From positions 1 to 64,000 of the IMG/VR virus record IMGVR_UViG_3300049617_000275: a DNA stretch of 64,000 nucleotides. One strand, written 5' to 3'. Under the pieces are notes generated by a model. The model was not told the origin of the DNA. It worked only from the letters and a program-made list of their open reading frames with translations, and made no database searches. This stretch comes from a virus. Shown here in pieces: positions 17,580-25,619 of this stretch. Position numbers and translations under genes: made by a program. Each line of letters opens with the position of its first letter. Within the stretch, counting starts at the first letter, position 1.

Positions 17580-18515
17580 ATGACAAGTCCTGTATCTACA
17601 GGAACTACCGTATTCTCACTTACTTCTTGGAATGCTTCCCTCAACGTTGCACTTACTTTTGCTTGTACGGGAATCTCCGCCGGGATGCCTGAGTATCTGG
17701 TTACTCAAACTATTACCCAGCAAATATCCTCTTCTCTGTATGCCTCCGGGAACCTCTTCGCCGGGTGTCTAGGACTTATTACAGATCCCGTCTCCGCGGC
17801 GTTTAATGTAAACCGCACAGATCATGTAATGTCCCTCTTCTCCCAATGTCAATATGACTTCGAGGTTGTCTCGGATACTACAGGAACAAACTACTACATA
17901 GACAACATCCCTGTCCTTACAACTGTTGCCGATGCGATGGCATTTGCACCTCTTGCAAACCAACTCCTGCAATCCTGCTCCGGCGGACCTTTGAGCATAG
18001 TGCAGATCATCGATCTTCTTGCAATGTCTTCGGCGGATCTGGTCTCAACCCTCAGGAATAATATTGTCTCCTGCTACTATGTCAAATATTACACAACCCT
18101 CCAGACAAACGCAATAAGGTTGGATAATCGTCCGGTGCAGTATTGGTTTAACCCTTATACTCTCCGGCCTACGATTATCCAGCTTGCAGTTGCTGTAGCT
18201 AGTTGGGTATCTAATTCTGTCTTCGAAGTTGACTTCCAGAGCGGATGGATGACCTTTCGTTTCGCACAGGATCAGCTCTTTAACTACGAACCGTTCGATT
18301 ACCAAAACCAGTTTTACTTAGGTTACCTTGCAGGAAACAATTACATTCCTCGGGAGATACGGGATGCAGTCCTCAAGTGGAGTTACATCCTTCAAACATC
18401 CGGCTTTTCCAACGTAAAGTCCATTTCCGACGGAAACTCCAAGATCGAATACGAGTTAGACAAAAACACGGAGAAGAGAAATATCTTTGCTCCTATTCGC
18501 AGGTATTGTCAGTAA
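17580..18515 (+). CDS. hypothetical morphogenesis protein (311 aa)
   Basis: A long ORF in the structural block, translationally coupled to the next gene (TAATG). Confidence 0.6.
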   Translation: MTSPVSTGTTVFSLTSWNASLNVALTFACTGISAGMPEYLVTQTITQQISSSLYASGNLFAGCLGLITDPVSAAFNVNRTDHVMSLFSQCQYDFEVVSDTTGTNYYIDNIPVLTTVADAMAFAPLANQLLQSCSGGPLSIVQIIDLLAMSSADLVSTLRNNIVSCYYVKYYTTLQTNAIRLDNRPVQYWFNPYTLRPTIIQLAVAVASWVSNSVFEVDFQSGWMTFRFAQDQLFNYEPFDYQNQFYLGYLAGNNYIPREIRDAVLKWSYILQTSGFSNVKSISDGNSKIEYELDKNTEKRNIFAPIRRYCQ

Positions 18516-19177
18516 TGGTCTACAACCCCTGTCTTCTTAACCAATCCTACATATTACTGGCAGATACTTTCGGAATCTCCGCACAGATATACAGAATTCC
18601 GGACTTTACGGCGGTGGATCAGACTCCGGAGCTTGTAGGAACACAGAATTTTAAATTCACCCCCGGCGGAGGTCCAAAATACGCAGTCCCTTACCTTCCA
18701 GGCCCAACCTACTTCACAATCACGGGAAACAGATTCAATTTCCAGCCCGGAGACATTCTTGTTCCCGTGGATTCGGAATTTCCTCCAATTACTGTATTGA
18801 ACTACGATTACAATATGCCTTGCATAGGTTTTCGGAGTTCGCGAATCGCGAATGTGAATTTGTCATACAGTTCGGATGGCACTCAGAACTCTGTCTACAC
18901 AAATGTCTATTTTGATTGGTGTGCTCCTACTTCTCCCACCGGCGGTCTTATTGATCAGCTCTCGGAAGCCCTCGGAGTGTCAAATAAAAAGGTAGTGATG
19001 TGGACCCGGATTAATCTCCAGCCTCAGAACAACGATGCCCTTGTATCGGGATGGAGAATTCAGGAAATAGATGGGCTAAATGCTATAAACCTTCAACCTC
19101 GCTGGGTTGTAAAAAGCCTTACTCAACAGGGAAATCTCACAATATTTAACATAGACAACAACCCCGCCGGAGTCTGA
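18515..19177 (+). CDS. hypothetical morphogenesis protein (220 aa)
   Basis: ATG overlaps the previous stop. The longer ORF from 18377 in the track overlaps the upstream gene. Confidence 0.6.
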   Translation: MVYNPCLLNQSYILLADTFGISAQIYRIPDFTAVDQTPELVGTQNFKFTPGGGPKYAVPYLPGPTYFTITGNRFNFQPGDILVPVDSEFPPITVLNYDYNMPCIGFRSSRIANVNLSYSSDGTQNSVYTNVYFDWCAPTSPTGGLIDQLSEALGVSNKKVVMWTRINLQPQNNDALVSGWRIQEIDGLNAINLQPRWVVKSLTQQGNLTIFNIDNNPAGV

Positions 19178-19181
19178 TCTT

Positions 19182-19781
19182 ATGTCTTCTATTCCCATAC
19201 AGTATATGCTTCAGAACGACACAATAGATCGTGCTGCAAGTACCGTTGTTGCTCTCAACCCCGGCACGTTCTGTGGGGGAGTTTCCTCTGTCCCCCCGTA
19301 TCTTTATCAGTCTCTCAAGACATTGTGGGCTCCTACGCTAACGTTGGACGCCTATCAATCCCTGATTGTCGCAGATCTAGGCACCGGCGCGGAGGGGCCT
19401 CAAGCAGCAGGGAATATTGTAATCGGACAGCGAGGACTACGGGAGCAGGTCCTTTCTCGGGACGAATCCCTACGTATGGATGTTCCGGGAGCCACGGTCA
19501 CTCCTATAGAGATCACAGCTTATAAACCCCGTACTCAGACTTCTATACAGACTGTCAAGTATGCTCTCTATCGCATACGCTATCTCTTGGACAACACTCT
19601 CCGTGGATTACAGACACTTCCCGGCGGGGGGTCCCTTCCTCGGATGGCAATCCAGCAGGATATTTCAATAGATCCCCGGTTTTGGCTCTTCTGTTTCTAT
19701 ATAGACGCGGCGGAGGAGATAAATGCTCAAGAAGGCACTTCTTTGTACATTACAAACTACGTGACTCTCTTCTCCCGGTAG
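19182..19781 (+). CDS. hypothetical morphogenesis protein (199 aa)
   Basis: ATG is preceded by CCGCCGGAG 9 nt upstream. Confidence 0.6.
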   Translation: MSSIPIQYMLQNDTIDRAASTVVALNPGTFCGGVSSVPPYLYQSLKTLWAPTLTLDAYQSLIVADLGTGAEGPQAAGNIVIGQRGLREQVLSRDESLRMDVPGATVTPIEITAYKPRTQTSIQTVKYALYRIRYLLDNTLRGLQTLPGGGSLPRMAIQQDISIDPRFWLFCFYIDAAEEINAQEGTSLYITNYVTLFSR

Positions 19782-19836
19782 AAAACTGTTTCATAGATAA
19801 AATTTCCTTGAAAGCTCTATTCAAGGAAGTACGGGA

Positions 19837-20841
19837 ATGCCCTCACAAAGTTTTATCATCGGCGTCGCCGGAGTTAGCATCTATCAACCCATTACTACTT
19901 CTCTGCCGTCTGCGTCGGGAGTAGGGTTTACTGTAACTACTATGGCTCCTACTGTCTCTATCCCAAATGACATCCGGGGACCGTTGATCTCGGGAACTGC
20001 CTATCAAGTCATCTGGGCGTTCTTAGGACACGACTCTGTCAACAACGGCTACACCGTAACGGCAGGCAGTTCTGCCTCCGGTGCGGTTACTCCGTCTACC
20101 GGACAAGGATTGCTTGTAAATATTCCTGTAGGAAACTTCCCCGCCGGGAGTTCTAACACTCCGGCCATTGCAATTTTCACAAAGGCAGGAAACGGCAACT
20201 ATAATCTAAATGAGTTCGCATACTACAACGCTAATTCAGGTTACGATTTCAACCACTTCCTCGGATATTCTCCTCTGTTCTCTGCTCCGGGCAACTTTAC
20301 TGCCTCCCTTCTGCAATCTGCATCTTCGGACCCTGTCCTGGGATCGCGTTCTGCTGTGGGCTGGAGCAAGTCTACTCTATCTCCAACAACCGGCGGTGTA
20401 AGAGTAACACGTGAAGTAACTCAGGTAACTGTACGTCCAGATACATCTGCCGACTTCCCGATTGCTACAACCCGTACAGCGGAAATTACTTTCCAACTCC
20501 TACCGAACGACATCATAAACGTTGTCGAAGGTAACGCAGGTACGTATGTTCAATACACAGCTTCCAACGGATTTATCTACGAAGAAGCTCAGATGTCTAT
20601 CAACACTGCATCTGCGCTGATCACTGGAAACAATCCGATGGTTCTGCTCATGCCTCCGGATAACTCCGGAACTCAGGCAGTCCGCCTGTATCTAGGACAA
20701 CTGCTTCAGAACCAGACCCAGAACGTAGAAAACTGGACAAAGACCGACACTGCGCCTATCGGATATACCTACAGCGCCGTTGCAATTGACACCCTCACAG
20801 TCTCTATGCCTACCGAAATCCAATCCAAAGTAATCCTGTAA
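19837..20841 (+). CDS. abundant structural protein candidate (334 aa; tail tube/sheath-like by position)
   Basis: AAGGAAG Shine-Dalgarno. The protein is S/T/G/A-rich and is followed by a strong terminator. The function is positional inference only. Confidence 0.55.
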   Translation: MPSQSFIIGVAGVSIYQPITTSLPSASGVGFTVTTMAPTVSIPNDIRGPLISGTAYQVIWAFLGHDSVNNGYTVTAGSSASGAVTPSTGQGLLVNIPVGNFPAGSSNTPAIAIFTKAGNGNYNLNEFAYYNANSGYDFNHFLGYSPLFSAPGNFTASLLQSASSDPVLGSRSAVGWSKSTLSPTTGGVRVTREVTQVTVRPDTSADFPIATTRTAEITFQLLPNDIINVVEGNAGTYVQYTASNGFIYEEAQMSINTASALITGNNPMVLLMPPDNSGTQAVRLYLGQLLQNQTQNVENWTKTDTAPIGYTYSAVAIDTLTVSMPTEIQSKVIL

Positions 20842-20872
20842 CCTACATCTTTCGCTCAGCCAATCCGCAGAG

Positions 20873-20904
20873 AACTCTCTGTATAATACCGGAGAGTTTT
20901 TTGT
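20873..20904 (+). terminator. rho-independent terminator
   Basis: Hairpin AACTCTC-loop-GAGAGTT is followed by TTTTTT. Confidence 0.65.
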
Positions 20905-20990
20905 TAGGAGAAATAATAGATTGATCAAGAATATAAAGGTTTACCCCTACGAAGAATATACTTCCTTTACAGTTTGTAGACTGTGGGGCG

Positions 20991-21290
20991 ATGGATGGGT
21001 TTGGGCCTTGCACAAGGTTTGACAGGAAAACAGCGGAAGAGATAATTGCCTTTATAGATGAGAATAGGAATCTCCCCGGAGAACAGACTTTACATGTAAA
21101 TTGCATGGTAGGTAAGAGCCGCTCCGGCGCGATTGCAACTTTTGCGTGCTGGTATTTGGGATTAAACCTCGAAGAGTTCAAAAATGCGAACATACAGATT
21201 GTTCCTAACCTCCACATTTTGAACACTCTGATGTCCGTTTTACAGGAGAGATACGAGCCCGGAGGCGCTCTCAAAAAAGTTTCTGCGTAG
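20991..21290 (+). CDS. minimal CX5R protein phosphatase-like protein (99 aa)
   Basis: HVNCMVGKSRSGAIATFACWYLG contains the HCxxGxxRS/T P-loop of dual-specificity/tyrosine phosphatases. There is no upstream in-frame start, so it is unusually short. Confidence 0.6.
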   Translation: MDGFGPCTRFDRKTAEEIIAFIDENRNLPGEQTLHVNCMVGKSRSGAIATFACWYLGLNLEEFKNANIQIVPNLHILNTLMSVLQERYEPGGALKKVSA

Positions 21291-21293
21291 GTA

Positions 21294-21322
21294 TTGACAC
21301 CCGTCGAGGGGTGTGGTATAAA
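21294..21322 (+). promoter_or_regulatory. strong sigma70-type promoter TTGACA-N17-TATAAA
   Basis: The -35 is at 21294-21299, the spacer is 17 nt and the -10 is at 21317-21322. No ORF follows for about 830 nt. Confidence 0.65.
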
Positions 21323-21673
21323 TATAGAGTCTGAAACGAACGAGGTGGGACTCACTAACTGACACCCCCAGCAGGAATCTAGGTTAGTGCTTTTTAAGTC
21401 TGACTCCCGAAGACTATAAAAATAGGGAATACCGCCCGATGGTGCAACAGCTACCAATACACCTGAGGATTTAATTCCTCTTATAAGGCGCGATAGTTGA
21501 CTCCGATAAACTTTAAACTCTCGGAGCCTTTTGCAAACAGGTTGATTGATCCTTATTCCTGTTCGCCCAGTCGGAAAAATAGAAAGGATCTACTTTAAGG
21601 GTAGGTTAGTCCTATGTTCCCTGAATCGATCTTGCAGCGCAACAAGGGGATTTGAATACAAAGGGCCGTGTTC

Positions 21674-21744
21674 TTGAAAAGAGCTGGTAGGACACAGCAC
21701 CTGCGTTCAGCAGGGAGATAGGGGTTCGAGTCCCCTTTTTCGAG
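21674..21744 (+). ncRNA. tRNA-like element 1 (non-canonical anticodon arm)
   Basis: Acceptor TTGAAAA/TTTTCGA, extendable to 11 bp. D arm GCTG-GTAGGACA-CAGC, T arm AGGGG-TTCGAGT-CCCCT. The anticodon arm is only 15 nt (CCTGC-GTTCA-GCAGG). Confidence 0.35.
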
Positions 21745-21753
21745 AACTACATC

Positions 21754-21826
21754 CGGGAAATAGCTTAGTGTTCAAAGCTCTGTCGGAGGTGACAGAAGAT
21801 CGGAGGTTAAAATCCTTCTTTTCCGG
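21754..21826 (+). ncRNA. tRNA-like element 2 (6-nt anticodon loop)
   Basis: Acceptor CGGGAAA/TTTTCCG, D arm GCTT-AGTGTTCA-AAGC, T arm GGAGG-TTAAAAT-CCTTC, anticodon arm CTGTC-GGAGGT-GACAG. Confidence 0.35.
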
Positions 21827-22065
21827 GAGGCTACATCAGTTCTCGGCTAGCGGTCGCGGAACACAAAGGCTTACCGTTGAGCCAGCCTGGCGAATCAGCG
21901 GTACTTCTTCGAAGCAGGAACATACTTTCTCAGCAATCCTGGAACTTGCCGCTAAGGCAGTTCAAACAGGCAGAGGAAGAAGGAGGTAGCACCTCCGGAT
22001 CTCGGTAGCCCGAGCAGGAGTCTGGCGCGTTTCCTGGGAGTAGCTCTCTAAATAATCGCCCGGAT

Positions 22066-22137
22066 GCGGATGTGGTATATACGTCTGTGCCGCAGTGCTC
22101 CACACTGTAGAATCGAGTTCGAATCTCGACCTCCGCT
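22066..22137 (+). tRNA. tRNA-Gly(UCC)-like, with C33 and one acceptor mismatch
   Basis: Acceptor GCGGATG/CCTCCGC with a T6-C67 mismatch. The D stem is weak (G-C, U-G, A-U, U-G). Anticodon arm GCAGT-GCTCCAC-ACTGT, T arm TCGAG-TTCGAAT-CTCGA. Confidence 0.45.
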
Positions 22138-22151
22138 TAAGGTAATTAAAA

Positions 22152-22478
22152 ATGCTGATGACTTGGATAATAACTCTTTACATCCTCCAAAATACCATCC
22201 TCTGTGGAACTGTTTCCAACGAGAAAGGATATATAGGAATCAGAGAGGATTGGCATAAAGGTATCCAGAAGGTATGTATTGCTTCTCCGGCGGACGTTGC
22301 AGGGATATGTCCGGGAGACAAAATTGTTCGGGTAGAGGGGGTTGCTGGGCTAAAGGAAGAGGTTCGAGGACCCGTAGGTTCCACAGTTAAAATAACTGTG
22401 CGCCGGGGAGTCGAGTATCTTGAATTCCAGGTAAAGAGAGTCCCTCACGCTTCTATCGATTGGAAGCACCGGAAGTAA
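22152..22478 (+). CDS. small PDZ-domain protein with a hydrophobic N-terminal signal/anchor (108 aa)
   Basis: MLMTWIITLYILQNTILC is followed by ASPADVAGICPGDKIVRVEG....GPVGSTVKITVRRG, the PDZ pattern. Confidence 0.7.
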   Translation: MLMTWIITLYILQNTILCGTVSNEKGYIGIREDWHKGIQKVCIASPADVAGICPGDKIVRVEGVAGLKEEVRGPVGSTVKITVRRGVEYLEFQVKRVPHASIDWKHRK

Positions 22479-22481
22479 TCC

Positions 22482-23015
22482 TTGTCCTCGATCAACAACA
22501 TCCCCCTCTTTGCCTTTGCCGGAGCTTATCTAGGCAATTACGGCTCCGAGTCTACAATGTTTGCACTCACGGATCTGCGTACCAACGGGGCTTCGATCTT
22601 AGAAGAGTTTCCTACTCAGTTCGAGGTTGTTTTAAACAACGATATTCAGACCGGGAATCATAAGATGACCGTAGAACTGGAATTCATTGCAGATGGACTT
22701 TCCACCGGCCTTCTCTCCCGCGGCCTCTATTACAATCCCACCGGCGGAACTATCAACGCACCCAACAACTACTTTACATACAATCTCCTGCTTCTAGCTC
22801 CCGGCGGGACTTTGCAGGACTCTTTCTTTTTCCCCCAGTTGAGGACAATAAAGGTAAGGAACCTCCAGTACAGAAAAGATCAGGCTACGACCACCCGCAT
22901 AACTTTCTCTTGGGAGCAGAGGAACGTGAATGTCACTCTCTTCTATCAAGACACAATCGAGAATCTTATCAACAACACCCCGCTCGGACCCATTTCTCCG
23001 ATAACATTGTCGTAA
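22482..23015 (+). CDS. structural protein (177 aa), tail-tube candidate by size and position
   Basis: TTG start with a GGAAG Shine-Dalgarno. No motif recognised. Confidence 0.5.
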   Translation: MSSINNIPLFAFAGAYLGNYGSESTMFALTDLRTNGASILEEFPTQFEVVLNNDIQTGNHKMTVELEFIADGLSTGLLSRGLYYNPTGGTINAPNNYFTYNLLLLAPGGTLQDSFFFPQLRTIKVRNLQYRKDQATTTRITFSWEQRNVNVTLFYQDTIENLINNTPLGPISPITLS

Positions 23016-23108
23016 TCCACCTTAGTTAGTAGGTTATCCTACAAAAAGGAGTCAATCCCCCATTTATGGGAGTATGATCCTATTAAAGTTTGCACGGTAG
23101 AATCCAAG

Positions 23109-23600
23109 GTGATTTTGTCTCTAAAGGTACTTGCATTGGCTACGTTAAAACTTAAACTCTTTTCTCCTCCCGGCGTCCCCGGAGAGAACTCTTTCTCTTT
23201 GAATACAGAGAGGCTAACTCCTGACTCCATAGATATACTGGCGGAGAAACTTACAGATCTTAAACTAAAACACTCTGTCTTCGGAAAGTATCCGATTTGG
23301 AAAGATGAGACTGTAGATGACTGGAGTAAGCGTATCCAGCCTACGCTGCAAGAGGACAACAAACGGAAAGAGGAAGAAGGTGCGGAGGAATATCTCAAAC
23401 GCAGCCTCTTTGCCGTGGACAATAAAGACAAGATGAACTTTGTATTCGATACCCTTAACGCTCTCGCGGAGACATTTGGACAGCCAGAGATAACCCGAGA
23501 CATCTTCCGTAAAACCTCCTACACAGAGGTCAAAGGGTTCATTACTGCAATCCTGAGTGTTGCGGATATCTCTACTAAGGACTTCGAGAATCAGGAATAG
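23109..23600 (+). CDS. hypothetical protein (163 aa) ending in STKDFENQE
   Basis: GTG/TTG start is uncertain. The C-terminal tail and the junction sequence are repeated at 25033-25071. Confidence 0.55.
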   Translation: MILSLKVLALATLKLKLFSPPGVPGENSFSLNTERLTPDSIDILAEKLTDLKLKHSVFGKYPIWKDETVDDWSKRIQPTLQEDNKRKEEEGAEEYLKRSLFAVDNKDKMNFVFDTLNALAETFGQPEITRDIFRKTSYTEVKGFITAILSVADISTKDFENQE

Positions 23601-23609
23601 AGATGAAAA
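23571..23609 (+). repeat. 39-nt junction repeat, copy 1 (35/39 identical to 25033-25071)
   Basis: Sequence TCTACTAAGGACTTCGAGAATCAGGAATAGAGATGAAAA. Confidence 0.8.
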
Positions 23610-23938
23610 CTCCAAAAGGTCCGGCGGAGTCACGAGATACCTCTGTAGGAAAGAAGGGAAGCCAAAGGAAGCTCCAAATAGGAGATGTCCTTATCGAAAA
23701 GATTCTTATTGCTCCTGATCTAGATTTGGAGTTTCCTTTTCCTACTACGTGGGAAGTAGTGGGCTTTGAATACATTCAAGACGAGATGACAGATATAGAG
23801 AATGTCTTAATTCGACGCTATGTTAGAAAAGGGGTAACCAGGTTCAAACCAGCAAAGTTTATTATGCATGATATTAAGGATTTCCTTTTTATTGACCTCC
23901 TCACAAAAGAAACCCAAAAGCTCTCGTGCCTCCTGTAA
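23603..23938 (+). CDS. hypothetical protein (111 aa)
   Basis: ATG lies 3 nt after the previous stop, inside the conserved junction TAGAGATGAAAA. Confidence 0.55.
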   Translation: MKTPKGPAESRDTSVGKKGSQRKLQIGDVLIEKILIAPDLDLEFPFPTTWEVVGFEYIQDEMTDIENVLIRRYVRKGVTRFKPAKFIMHDIKDFLFIDLLTKETQKLSCLL

Positions 23939-24363
23939 CTCCGGGGAATGGACCTGGAAGAAAGATCCCCAATTTCTCCCGCCACCTAAACGTAAGCCCA
24001 GAACAGCAGATCGGACCTCCGGTTCGCCTTATAGGGAACATAGGAACTTCCAACGCTTTCGATATTGCTGCAAAGCAATATGCTCTAAAAGAAGAGAAGG
24101 GGAACTCTGCGGGAGTTGACAACAAATGGATTCCGCTGTACGATAAAGTAGGAAGACACAACGGATGGGGTTGGCGGGAGTTCAAAGAAACTCCCTACGA
24201 AGTGATCAAGTGGTACAACTCCGAGATAGATAGGAGGTTGGAATCTGTCCTTCCCAAGACACTAAGCTCCGCCGGAGGTTCAAAAGAAGGAAATGAGTTT
24301 CTGAGTTGGGAACTTCTGTATTTGTTGATTGCACTAGGAAAGTTATTCGGGGGAGAAGACTAG
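23926..24363 (+). CDS. hypothetical protein (145 aa)
   Basis: GTG start overlaps the previous gene by 13 nt. Confidence 0.5.
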   Translation: MPPVTPGNGPGRKIPNFSRHLNVSPEQQIGPPVRLIGNIGTSNAFDIAAKQYALKEEKGNSAGVDNKWIPLYDKVGRHNGWGWREFKETPYEVIKWYNSEIDRRLESVLPKTLSSAGGSKEGNEFLSWELLYLLIALGKLFGGED

Positions 24364-24364
24364 A

Positions 24365-24802
24365 ATGGGAGTAAATATTGTAAGACTTGCTAAATCAAGA
24401 TCCGAAAATAGTTTTTTAAGGGCCGAACTCCCTTTGGATGCAGAAGAAGTCTTTTTCCATGTATTAGGGAAAGACTCCTACTCTGAAGGTAAGTTTACAA
24501 CAGAGGACGTAGATACTTGGTTTTCTTTAGGGAAAGTAGAGGATCTGAGTTGGAGCAGTAACTGTGAACTTCTGAACGTTGTCCGGAACGGAATCAATTT
24601 TAAAGTAGTGTCCGTAGAATGTTCTCGTTTCATTCCTCAAAATTCCAGCGCTACTGTAATGGAGATAGGAGTTTCCCGTAAAGAAAGTAAGCTTTATGAA
24701 CAGGCAGTAGATCTTCGAGGAAGACAGGAGTTCATAGAAAAACTCCCGACTCTTATCCAAGAGGCAATCCAGAAGGCTATGGTGGGCTCGTTCTCATGCT
24801 GA
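24365..24802 (+). CDS. hypothetical protein (145 aa)
   Basis: ATG lies 2 nt after the previous stop. Confidence 0.55.
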   Translation: MGVNIVRLAKSRSENSFLRAELPLDAEEVFFHVLGKDSYSEGKFTTEDVDTWFSLGKVEDLSWSSNCELLNVVRNGINFKVVSVECSRFIPQNSSATVMEIGVSRKESKLYEQAVDLRGRQEFIEKLPTLIQEAIQKAMVGSFSC

Positions 24803-25062
24803 CACCGGGCGGACTAGAGAAAATAGAGCTGAGAGCTATTTCCCAAGGACGTTCTCTTAGAAAACTCGGCGCTAGCCTTCAAAAGAATATTCACAAGTTT
24901 GAAGATCCGGATGCAATATTCTGTATGTCGCAACTTTATGAAATCATAGGAGAACTGTACAGTCAGGTAACAGAGCTTACTTTTCATATCCGCGACTATC
25001 ACATCCGACTGATGCTAGAAGAGAAATTCAAGTCTACCAAAGACTTCGATAATCAGGATTAG
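24796..25062 (+). CDS. hypothetical protein (88 aa) ending in STKDFDNQD
   Basis: It overlaps the previous gene by 7 nt and shares its C-terminal tail with 23109..23600. Confidence 0.5.
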   Translation: MLTPGGLEKIELRAISQGRSLRKLGASLQKNIHKFEDPDAIFCMSQLYEIIGELYSQVTELTFHIRDYHIRLMLEEKFKSTKDFDNQD

Positions 25063-25071
25063 AGATGAAAA
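25033..25071 (+). repeat. 39-nt junction repeat, copy 2
   Basis: Sequence TCTACCAAAGACTTCGATAATCAGGATTAGAGATGAAAA. Confidence 0.8.
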
Positions 25072-25081
25072 GGGAAGAATT

Positions 25082-25579
25082 ATGCCCACCTTCGTAGACT
25101 CGGACGGAGATAAATACAGGATCAAAGTAGTATCCAGATACGAAATATCCGCAGTAGCTCGGAGAGATTACACTTTTGAGTTTTTGGAACCTTTGAAGTA
25201 CGTAGGGTACATTGAGGGCCGAAGATGTGATTGGAGAGATGGAACAGAAGTCTATTTCCTATCCGACAGACGGATAATGGAGGAAAGTAGATTCCAGGAA
25301 TGTCTTAACTCCGCCGATCCTTCCTTCGACGGAAGTATTGTGGACAGCTTCGATATAGGTTACTCCGCCCGTTCTTACGAGGGAGAAGTTCCTTTGGATG
25401 TGCGCTCTCAAGTGTGGGATGATGTATATACAGACATAATGGATTGCTCCGGCGCTCGGTTCAAAGACAGAATCAGACATATCAGGTGGACTCCGCCGGA
25501 GTCCTTACGGGTAGTAAGAATTTCTATACCCGAAGGAACTACTCCTCCTTGTAACAGTGTGATTCTAGAAGTCAAATAG
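25082..25579 (+). CDS. hypothetical protein (165 aa)
   Basis: ATG with a GGGAAGAA Shine-Dalgarno. A terminator follows. Confidence 0.55.
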   Translation: MPTFVDSDGDKYRIKVVSRYEISAVARRDYTFEFLEPLKYVGYIEGRRCDWRDGTEVYFLSDRRIMEESRFQECLNSADPSFDGSIVDSFDIGYSARSYEGEVPLDVRSQVWDDVYTDIMDCSGARFKDRIRHIRWTPPESLRVVRISIPEGTTPPCNSVILEVK

Positions 25580-25590
25580 GGAATGTGTAA

Positions 25591-25617
25591 AATACCTCTG
25601 AAAAAGAGGTATTTTTG
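25591..25617 (+). terminator. rho-independent terminator
   Basis: Hairpin AATACCTCT-gaaaa-AGAGGTATT is followed by TTTT. Confidence 0.7.
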
Positions 25618-25619
25618 TC

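Larger units (their letters stand above)
21329..22140 (+). ncRNA. promoter-driven non-coding locus with many hairpins and three tRNA-like cloverleaves
   Basis: No ORF has a Shine-Dalgarno. Local stems include 21464-21481, 21500-21527 and 21549-21590. See the separate tRNA-like entries. Confidence 0.5.

Noticed and set aside
20843-21457. 204-aa minus-strand ORF
   Set aside because: It overlaps the terminator at 20873, the whole CX5R phosphatase gene and the strong plus-strand promoter. The translation is not protein-like.
21329-22140. tmRNA as an explanation for the tRNA-like elements
   Set aside because: Each element has its own adjacent 5' and 3' acceptor strands plus a D arm. I found no tag-like reading frame ending in Ala-Ala-stop; the nearest candidate, ...LELAAK, reads on.
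21768-22258. ORFs 21768..21989 and 22064..22258 in the non-coding locus
   Set aside because: They have no Shine-Dalgarno, they overlap the tRNA-like structures, and the translations are Arg/Ser-rich and low-complexity.
23603-24363. Programmed -1 frameshift between 23603..23938 and 23926..24363, as in tail chaperones G/GT
   Set aside because: There is no X XXY YYZ slippery heptamer in the 13-nt overlap. The second ORF has its own GTG start.
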